Origin: Pirellula staleyi DSM 6068
GTDB taxonomy: Bacteria > Planctomycetota > Planctomycetia > Pirellulales > Pirellulaceae
Length of the DNA stretch: 32,000 nt
Assembly (NCBI GenBank): GCA_000025185.1
Contig: CP001848.1
Location: 60,001 to 92,000, forward strand
Reading direction: 5' to 3'
Below are positions 25,374-32,000 of the stretch, piece after piece; the first letter of the stretch is position 1; each line of letters begins with the position of its first letter. The position numbers were made by a program, and so were the translations under genes. The notes below the pieces were generated by a model. That model saw nothing but the letters and a program-made list of their open reading frames with translations. It was not told the origin of the DNA and did not search any database.

Positions 25374-26702
25374 CTACACCAAACCGCGCAGTGTCCCCTT
25401 CGAGTCCTTGAAGCGATCGGACTCGACTCCCATTTTTTGAATCATCGTCAGGAGTAAGTTCGACAGCGGCTGTTCTCCATCGGCGAACTCCAGATGCTGT
25501 CCCTGCTTAATTCCCAGCGACTTGCCGCCAGCAAACAGCAGCGGCAAATCTTTCGGCGAATGCTCGCCCCCTTTGCCACTGTTCATACCGCTGCCGTACA
25601 TCACCATCGTTTGATCGAGAAGCGATGTCCCCTCCTCCTCGATCGAAGCGAGCCTCGTCAAGAACCAAGCGAGTTGCTCGATGTGAAAACGGTCGATCTT
25701 AGCGAGCCCTCCGAGCATTCCCTCGTCGCCACCATGATGCGAAAGTTCGTGATGGTTGGCTGAAAGGCCGAGTTCGCTAAAGTAACCCCCTGCTGCTTCA
25801 CGGCCGATCTCGAAAGTGACCACGCGGGTGGTATCGGTTTGCAGCGCGAGGGCCACAAGTTCGTACATTGTCCGCAAATAAGTTTGTCGATCGCCACGCT
25901 CTTCAGGACGCGCATCGAGTTTCAAATCCATGGCGTCGATTTCCGCCTTGGGAACATCCATCCAGCGCTCGGCTGCTTTCACGCGCCGCTCGACTTCACG
26001 CACACTTGTGAGGTACTCATCGAGTTTCTCGCGATCGTTTTTTCCAAGCTTCTGCGTGAGTGCCTGCGACTGACCGAGCACTTCATCGAGGATGCTTTTA
26101 TCCTCCAGAAATCGCTGCTGACGAGCCGCGCGCGTCTTGCCGCTATCTTCGACAAACAGCCGCTCGAACACTTGTCGCGGATTACTCTCGGCAGCGAGTG
26201 GCACTGCATTGCGGCTGAACGCCAAGGTATGCGAGTGACCGGGCGAGCCACTTCCGCTGCTGCTGCTCAGCTCGAGCGAAGCAAGTCGGGTTTCAAGCCC
26301 CACCACTTCGGCCACGACCTGATCGGCAGAAATGCTGTTGCGATAATCAAACCCAGGTGTCCCTTCGAGATTCTCGGCGGTGAGCCAGGTATCGGCGCCG
26401 GAGTGCCCCCCTTGGCTCGCAGGGTGCGACATGCCGCGCAGCACCGTCACACGATCTTTCAGCGGCGCGAGCGGTTCGAGCGTCGACGAAAAGGTGTGGT
26501 TACCACCGTCGACCTTACAGCCCCACTGGAAAATATTCACACCATTAGGAACGTAGAAGCAGGCCATGCGTGGCGGACGCTGTTTCGATCCGTCCGCTGC
26601 GGAAGTTCGCCGCGACTGCATCGCATCGAGCATCGGCAGCGCCAGTGCGACCGACGCTCCACGCAAAAACATGCGCCGCGAAAGGGGAACCGATTGTGGC
26701 AT
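25374..26702 (-). CDS. DUF1552-family protein with a Tat-type signal
   Basis: The track start at 26705 is a GTG; an ATG follows immediately at 26702 (MPQSVPLSRRMFLRGASVALALPMLDAM). Family blocks HELSHHGGD and GSGMNSGKGGEHSPKDLPLLFAGG. Confidence 0.85.
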   Translation of the reverse strand: MPQSVPLSRRMFLRGASVALALPMLDAMQSRRTSAADGSKQRPPRMACFYVPNGVNIFQWGCKVDGGNHTFSSTLEPLAPLKDRVTVLRGMSHPASQGGHSGADTWLTAENLEGTPGFDYRNSISADQVVAEVVGLETRLASLELSSSSGSGSPGHSHTLAFSRNAVPLAAESNPRQVFERLFVEDSGKTRAARQQRFLEDKSILDEVLGQSQALTQKLGKNDREKLDEYLTSVREVERRVKAAERWMDVPKAEIDAMDLKLDARPEERGDRQTYLRTMYELVALALQTDTTRVVTFEIGREAAGGYFSELGLSANHHELSHHGGDEGMLGGLAKIDRFHIEQLAWFLTRLASIEEEGTSLLDQTMVMYGSGMNSGKGGEHSPKDLPLLFAGGKSLGIKQGQHLEFADGEQPLSNLLLTMIQKMGVESDRFKDSKGTLRGLV

Positions 26703-26772
26703 CACATCACCTGTTTCTGCTGAATAGCACGACCACCGGACACACCAGCTGCAGCGGCAAACGACTCTGCAT

Positions 26773-29376
26773 CTACCGACTACGAAACGCTTCGCTTTGC
26801 ACCAAGGCGATGATGAGCGACGGAAGTTTTCCGTCGTTCTTTTTGAGCTCCGAAGCGAGTTGCTCGATGAGGGCCCGATCAGAAAACTCGATTCCGCGAC
26901 CTAACGCATAGGTCGATAATTTCGTCACAAAACACTTCAAAAACTTCGCTTCATCCTCGCGCAGAATCTGCTGCAGTTCTGCAAGATCTGCAAACGCGCG
27001 ACCATCGGGCAACTTGCCGCTGGCATCGATCTTGGGATCATTTTCGTCGATGCGCCCTTTGTAGCCAAACCCTTCACGCTCGCGATACTGACCAATCGCG
27101 TTGTAGTTCTCTAGCGCAAAACCGAGTGGGTCGATTTTCGCGTGACAAGCAGCGCACGACTCGATTTTGCGATGTGCTTCAAGTCGCACACGTACCGTTG
27201 CCTTGTCGATGCCCGGAACCTTGGGTGCGATATCGCCCACGTTCGGTGGTGGCGGAGGTGGCGGATCGCCCAGCAAGTGCTCGAGGATCCAAACTCCGCG
27301 GACGACCGGCGAGGTGCGTGTTCCATTGCTCGTGATCGTGAGAATGCTCGCTTGCGTGAGGACTCCTCCACGATGCGCCGCTGCGGGTGCATCGATCCGC
27401 CGGAACTGATCGCCGCGCACATCGGGGATGTTATAGAAGCGTGCCATCCGCTCGTTGATCACCAGATAGTCGCTGGCAAGGAAGTCGGTCACACGTCCTT
27501 CACCACGCAGCACGTGAGCAAAAAATGCTTCGGTCTCGCCAATCATCGAACGTTCGAGATGTTCGTCGTACCACGGATAGAGACTTTGATCGGGAACCAC
27601 CGTTCCGACTTTGCGCAGCGACAGCCATTGACCGGTGAAGTGCTTCACAAAGGCTTGCGACTTCTCGTCGGCGAGCATGCGTGTGACTTCACTGGCAAGC
27701 ACCTGAGGCTTGCGAATTTCGCCACTCGCAGCGAGCCGAAACAGCCGCTCGTCAGGCATCGTGCTCCAGAGAAAGTAACTCAGCCGCGACGCGAGCTCGA
27801 AATCACTCAACTCGCGTGAACCTTCATTTTTTTCGGGATTTTCGACCAAAAATAAAAAATGCGGCGACGTAAGAACCGCCACCAATGGTAGCTGAATCGC
27901 TTCCTCGAGCGAATCTTTTTGCGGCCTGACTTTATCGTAGAGCGCGATGAGTTTAACGAGTTCATCCTCGGTCACGCGGCGGCGAAAAGCGCGGCTGGCA
28001 AAACGACTGAGGACCTCGCGCACATACTTGGCTTCATCGGACCGGTTAGGCGAATCGAAGAGAATTTTTTGATGACTTGGTGGCGGCCAGCTATCGACGA
28101 CAGGCCCTTCGAGTTCGATCCAATCGATGAAGAGTTCGGGACGTGGAAAATCGTCGTGACCCTGGATCGCAAAATTCTCGAGCACACTCGGGATGTTGTA
28201 GTTGTTGCAGATCTTGATGCCGTCGGAAGCTTGCGGAATTCGAAAACGAAACTCGTAAACGCGCGGCTCTTCAAGCTTGGCATCCACATCCACTTCGGCA
28301 AGCACCACTCCCTCTTGCGTCGTCATTTTCATGCGAGGGGGACCATAGTGGTACATCGAATCGGTTTCGACATGCTGGCGAAATTGCGGCCAGATGTAGC
28401 GATCCCACCGTTCATGCACACGTTTACGTTCATCGTCGGACTTCGCCTTTTCGAGATCGCGATCGAGCTCTTGCTGTTTTTTGGCGAGGGCAAGCTGCTT
28501 GGTCGTTGCATGATCGGGAACTTTGGCAGCTGCTCGAACACGAACGAGATACTCACCCGGATGCGGAAACTTGAAGGCGCGGAAACCAACCTTCTTGTCC
28601 CATCCATCCGTCCGTAGCCGAATCATTCCGTTCGCGGATTGGTTATTCCCCGCTTCAACGAGGGCATAAGTCCGCTCGCGACCAGCATCGCCTTTTTCTT
28701 TCAGCCAAACTTGCTTGTTGGCAGCCTCGTCAACCTCGAAGTGCCAACTTTTGCGCGGCGGCGCATTGCCTGTGACGATTGCTTCGCTCACGAGCATCCG
28801 AGCGGCGGAGAGATACTTCTCGAGATGTAGTGGCGAAAGCGAAAGTGCAGCACCGACGTTATCGAAGCCATGCGCGGAACTATCAGCAGAAAAATCATCG
28901 GCTGGTGTGAAATTCACACCGAGCAGATCGCGAATCGTGAGGTTGTACTCGGCTCGGTTGAGACGCCGCATCACCGTTTCGCCACCAGTGCTTTGGAGCA
29001 CTCGATCGGCGCGTGCGAGATAACTTCCAATCCAGGAGATCAGCTTCTCTTGCGAGGCAGCCGGGGGTTGCGGCTGATCGTCGGGTGGCATTTCGCCCGA
29101 GGAGACACGCACCAAAATCTCGTGCCATTTTTCGGCGGTACGACGGTCGATCGTCGCTGCATCTAAACCATCGAGACGCAGATTGGCCAGTTGCTTCTCG
29201 GGCCCGTGACATTTCGTGCAATGCGTCTTTAAGAACGGGGCTATTTCGGCTGAAAATGTGGCGATTTCAGCAGCCGATGGCTGTTCGATCTCAGCGCCGA
29301 TGGCGCTGGTTGTGAGCGCGAAATGGAGTGCGAGCGCACAAGCGATCGGTCGGCTGTAATTCACGAGAAGAGGCAC
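26773..29376 (-). CDS. Planctomycete multidomain protein of the DUF1587/DUF1592/DUF1595/DUF1588/DUF1585 family with two CxxCH motifs
   Basis: ORF 26773..29487. I prefer the GTG at 29376 because it yields a signal peptide (PLLVNYSRPIACALALHFALTTSAIGA) and avoids a 67-nt overlap with deoC. Motifs: CTKCHGPEKQ (29206-29220), SRFASRAFRRRVTEDELVKLIALY (DUF1592-like), HFTGQWLSLRKV (DUF1588-like), CAACHAKIDPLGFALENYNAIGQYR (27142-27156 and downstream, DUF1585-like). Confidence 0.85.
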   Translation of the reverse strand: MPLLVNYSRPIACALALHFALTTSAIGAEIEQPSAAEIATFSAEIAPFLKTHCTKCHGPEKQLANLRLDGLDAATIDRRTAEKWHEILVRVSSGEMPPDDQPQPPAASQEKLISWIGSYLARADRVLQSTGGETVMRRLNRAEYNLTIRDLLGVNFTPADDFSADSSAHGFDNVGAALSLSPLHLEKYLSAARMLVSEAIVTGNAPPRKSWHFEVDEAANKQVWLKEKGDAGRERTYALVEAGNNQSANGMIRLRTDGWDKKVGFRAFKFPHPGEYLVRVRAAAKVPDHATTKQLALAKKQQELDRDLEKAKSDDERKRVHERWDRYIWPQFRQHVETDSMYHYGPPRMKMTTQEGVVLAEVDVDAKLEEPRVYEFRFRIPQASDGIKICNNYNIPSVLENFAIQGHDDFPRPELFIDWIELEGPVVDSWPPPSHQKILFDSPNRSDEAKYVREVLSRFASRAFRRRVTEDELVKLIALYDKVRPQKDSLEEAIQLPLVAVLTSPHFLFLVENPEKNEGSRELSDFELASRLSYFLWSTMPDERLFRLAASGEIRKPQVLASEVTRMLADEKSQAFVKHFTGQWLSLRKVGTVVPDQSLYPWYDEHLERSMIGETEAFFAHVLRGEGRVTDFLASDYLVINERMARFYNIPDVRGDQFRRIDAPAAAHRGGVLTQASILTITSNGTRTSPVVRGVWILEHLLGDPPPPPPPNVGDIAPKVPGIDKATVRVRLEAHRKIESCAACHAKIDPLGFALENYNAIGQYREREGFGYKGRIDENDPKIDASGKLPDGRAFADLAELQQILREDEAKFLKCFVTKLSTYALGRGIEFSDRALIEQLASELKKNDGKLPSLIIALVQSEAFRSR

Positions 29377-29420
29377 GCTAGTCAACTCCAGACACAGTAC
29401 GTCAACGATCGATCCCCACC

Positions 29421-30113
29421 TCAAACGCCAGCTGCTAAGCGGCGGGCAGCCTCTTGCAAAACCTCGGCGGTTTTGGAACAGCCGCAACGTGTCGCGCCGG
29501 TTTTTCGAACGGCCAGCAGCATGTCGAGTTCGCGAATCCCCCCCGCTGCTTTCACTTGCACAAAGTCGGGACTATGTTTGCGCATCAGTTCGAGATCGGC
29601 GATCGTGGCGCCACTCGTTCCGTAGCCAGTGCTCGTCTTGACCCAATCGGCTTTGAGCTGGGCACAGATCTCGCAGAGTTTAATTTTTTGAGCATCGCTC
29701 AAGTAACAGTTCTCGAAGATCACTTTCACTGTTTGGCCGGCACCATGCGCGAGCTCGATTACTGGCGCGATGTCATCTTGGACATAGTTCCAGTTGCCAC
29801 TCAGCACTTGGCTGATATTCACCACGAGATCGAACTCTTCACAACCGTCGTCGAGCGCCTGCTTGGCCTCGGCCAATTTCACGCTGGTCACTTGTCCCCC
29901 GTGGGGGAACGCGATCACCGTGCTTGCTTTCACGGTGCTTCCCTTAAGCAATTCGGCGCAGCGCTTCAGGTAGTACGGCATGATGCAAACACTGGCGACG
30001 TTGTACTCGAGAGCTACGGCAATCCCCTTCTCGAAATCGTTCTGGGTGAAGATAGGGTTCAGCAGTGAGTGGTCGATCATCTTGGCGAGATCGGCAACGG
30101 TATAGTCGGACAT
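29421..30113 (-). CDS. deoC: Deoxyribose-phosphate aldolase
   Basis: ORF 29421..30521. ATG at 30113 (MSDYTVADLAKMIDHSLLNP), 230 aa. Class I aldolase blocks VIAFPHGG, VKVIFENCYL, DWVKTSTGYG and VKAAGGIR. Confidence 0.9.
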   Translation of the reverse strand: MSDYTVADLAKMIDHSLLNPIFTQNDFEKGIAVALEYNVASVCIMPYYLKRCAELLKGSTVKASTVIAFPHGGQVTSVKLAEAKQALDDGCEEFDLVVNISQVLSGNWNYVQDDIAPVIELAHGAGQTVKVIFENCYLSDAQKIKLCEICAQLKADWVKTSTGYGTSGATIADLELMRKHSPDFVQVKAAGGIRELDMLLAVRKTGATRCGCSKTAEVLQEAARRLAAGV

Positions 30114-30249
30114 GATGAGGTTCTCTTGGTGATGAATGTGTATGGCAGGTTGCCCGCCCTGTATTTCAGAAATCGTGGAAAATCGTAAGGTTTTTTCGCG
30201 ATTTTCAACCGTTCTCTCACGAGCGTGAATCTTGTTACTGCTAGTCAAA

Positions 30250-31173
30250 TCAATGATTGCGTGGCAGGAATTGGCGGAGGTAGTTCGCACTTTGCACGAC
30301 CGATGCTTTACGTGCCTCGAGCGAGTGCTCGAAGGCGCGGTCTTCGACTTCGATACAAACAGGCCCATGGTAAGGAGCATCGCTGAGGACCGACAGGAAG
30401 TTCCCCCAGTTGATATCGCCCAAACCTGGAATTTTGGGGGTATGGAACTTGAGTGGCTCGGCCATGATTCCGACTTCGGCCAGAGCTGCCCGATCAACAC
30501 GCGCATCTTTTGCGTGCACATGAAACAGCTTCGAGGCGAACTCTTTCAACGGCGCGGTGTAATCGATTTGCTGCCATGCAAAGTGCGACGGATCAAAGTT
30601 CAGGCCCAGATAGTCGCTTGCTAGATCGGTGAAGAGTCGGCGCCAAATCGGAGGGGTGGTGCAGAGATTTTTGCCACCGGGCCACTCATCTTTGGTGAAG
30701 ATCATCGGGCAATTTTCGATGCCGATCTTGATTTGCAACGCTTCAGCACGACGAACAATCGGCTCCCACACACGTAGCATGCGAGGCCAGTTCGTGTCGA
30801 CAGACTCAAACTGGTTGCGACCGATGAAGGTGTTCATGCGCGACAGACCGAGCTCAGCAGCGGCTTCGATCACGCGCACAATATGCGAGGCCGACATGGT
30901 CGCCTCAGCCTCGTCGTGCGAGAGAGCATTGGGATAGTAGCCCAGCGCGCTGATCGCAACTCCGGTGTCGCTCACAAGGGACTCGAGTTCCGACTTGCTC
31001 GAGGGGGTGACGAGATTGACATCGAGGTGGGTCACACCGGCGTAGCGTCGTTCTGCGCGACCGACGGGCCAGCACATCACTTCGACGCAATCGAGTCCCG
31101 CCGTCGCTGAGAATTCGAGCACTTCACGCAAATTCAAATCGGGCAAAATGGCTGAGCAAATTCCGAGTTGCAC
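30250..31173 (-). CDS. Sugar phosphate isomerase/epimerase (xylose-isomerase-like TIM barrel)
   Basis: GTG start at 31173 (QLGICSAILPDLNLREVLEFSATAGLDCVEV). Later blocks IKIGIENCP, LNFDPSHF, FHVHAKD and GPVCIEVED are typical of the AP_endonuc_2/TIM-barrel family. Confidence 0.8.
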   Translation of the reverse strand: MQLGICSAILPDLNLREVLEFSATAGLDCVEVMCWPVGRAERRYAGVTHLDVNLVTPSSKSELESLVSDTGVAISALGYYPNALSHDEAEATMSASHIVRVIEAAAELGLSRMNTFIGRNQFESVDTNWPRMLRVWEPIVRRAEALQIKIGIENCPMIFTKDEWPGGKNLCTTPPIWRRLFTDLASDYLGLNFDPSHFAWQQIDYTAPLKEFASKLFHVHAKDARVDRAALAEVGIMAEPLKFHTPKIPGLGDINWGNFLSVLSDAPYHGPVCIEVEDRAFEHSLEARKASVVQSANYLRQFLPRNH

Positions 31174-31236
31174 TGCAGTCGATCTCCGTCGAAAGTTATC
31201 AAAATAAGGGGCTGGTGAAAGTCTCGTCAGGCATGT

Positions 31237-32000
31237 TTAGCGCGGCACTTCGACCCAGCTTTGCGCTGTGTGACTCTTGAGTAGCGCTTCGCACAGTACG
31301 ACTTCACGATGACCATCCGCAAAGGTGGGAAACGTAGCTGGCGCGCGAAAGTCGCCTGCTTCAATATAGTCGTAAAACGCTCGAAAGAGCTGCTTAAACG
31401 TGTCGGGAAAACCTTCCACATGCCCGCCAGGATAGTTGGCATAGCGACGCACTTCACCGGCCATCAGCGAAGGATCGCGCGAGAGAAGTTCGCTCGGCTG
31501 ATCGCGGCGACCAATCCAGAGCTGATCGGGCTTCTCGCTATTCCAGCTAACCGACGCCTTGCTGCCAGCGATTTCGTACGACACTTCGTTCTTGCGTCCT
31601 GCAGTGACTTGCGAGACATCGAGCACGCCCCGCGCACCACCAGCGAATTTCAGCAGCACACCAGCTGCATCGTCGGTAGTGATATCGACCGGTTCGCGAT
31701 CGACAGCTGGCTTGTTCTTTCCGCTGAACGTCTCGATTTCTCCTTTGGGGCGCTGACGAACAGGATGAACGGTTTGCAGATCACAAACGACGCGCTCGAT
31801 TTCAAGTCCCGTCATCGACTGCACGAGGTCGAGCCAGTGGGTGCCGATATCGGCGAGCGCACGCAACTTGCCCCCCGCTTCTTCCAGCACGCGCCAGTTG
31901 TAGTCGGTATCGAACAGCAGCCAGTCTTGGCGATAACTGCCGCACACCGAATAGATCTCACCCAGTTCGCCAGCGCGAATCATCGCGCGCACCTGCAAGT
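31237..32000 (-). CDS. Gfo/Idh/MocA-family oxidoreductase, C-terminal part only (the N-terminal Rossmann domain lies beyond the window)
   Basis: The open frame runs to the window edge. The C-terminal alpha/beta domain pattern [22 protein letters not shown] ... [13 protein letters not shown] is typical of the family. Stop at 31237-31239. Confidence 0.8.
   Translation of the reverse strand, partial: LQVRAMIRAGELGEIYSVCGSYRQDWLLFDTDYNWRVLEEAGGKLRALADIGTHWLDLVQSMTGLEIERVVCDLQTVHPVRQRPKGEIETFSGKNKPAVDREPVDITTDDAAGVLLKFAGGARGVLDVSQVTAGRKNEVSYEIAGSKASVSWNSEKPDQLWIGRRDQPSELLSRDPSLMAGEVRRYANYPGGHVEGFPDTFKQLFRAFYDYIEAGDFRAPATFPTFADGHREVVLCEALLKSHTAQSWVEVPR

Noticed and set aside
29377-29487. Longest-ORF start (ATG 29487) for the DUF1592-family gene
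   Set aside because: It would add 37 Arg/Trp/Cys-rich residues in front of an otherwise normal signal peptide and overlap the deoC 3' end by 67 nt. The GTG at 29376 is preferred, but this is not proven.

Overview
GC-rich window (roughly high-50s % GC by eye, not computed). The gene content points to a Planctomycetota chromosome of the Pirellula/Rhodopirellula/Blastopirellula type. That placement is an inference from a DUF1559-like gene, a DUF1592/DUF1552 gene pair, archaeal-type FhcA/FhcC (FwdA/FwdC) homologues and a giant Ser/Thr kinase. I support 19 protein-coding genes, one of them cut by the right edge. In order they are: Tex; a Tat-exported metallophosphoesterase; an RsbW-like kinase plus STAS antagonist; a GNAT acetyltransferase; a membrane-anchored DUF1559-like protein; a 1488-aa receptor-like Ser/Thr kinase with a leucine-rich-repeat ectodomain; a small secreted protein; a 1218-aa RND/MMPL exporter; FhcC; MobA; a GT-C (ArnT/PMT-like) glycosyltransferase; FhcA; a DinB-family protein; DUF1552; a DUF1592-family protein with two CxxCH motifs; DeoC; a sugar-phosphate isomerase/epimerase; and a partial Gfo/Idh/MocA oxidoreductase. 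I recognised no rRNA, tRNA, CRISPR array, transposase, integrase, phage gene or classic defence gene, so this looks like core or shell chromosome rather than a mobile island. The observations most worth a second look are: (1) a 755-bp non-coding region (5154-5908) full of composite direct repeats and perfect hairpins; (2) a STAS/RsbW pair that is one continuous reading frame interrupted by a single TAA; (3) a DUF1559-like protein lacking a prepilin leader, which sits next to an LRR receptor kinase and carries a helical module I recall as usually fused to planctomycete kinases; (4) fhcA and fhcC split by mobA and a glycosyltransferase; (5) a Tex protein with three long disordered expansions. 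All functional calls come from motif recognition in the supplied translations. No database search was run.
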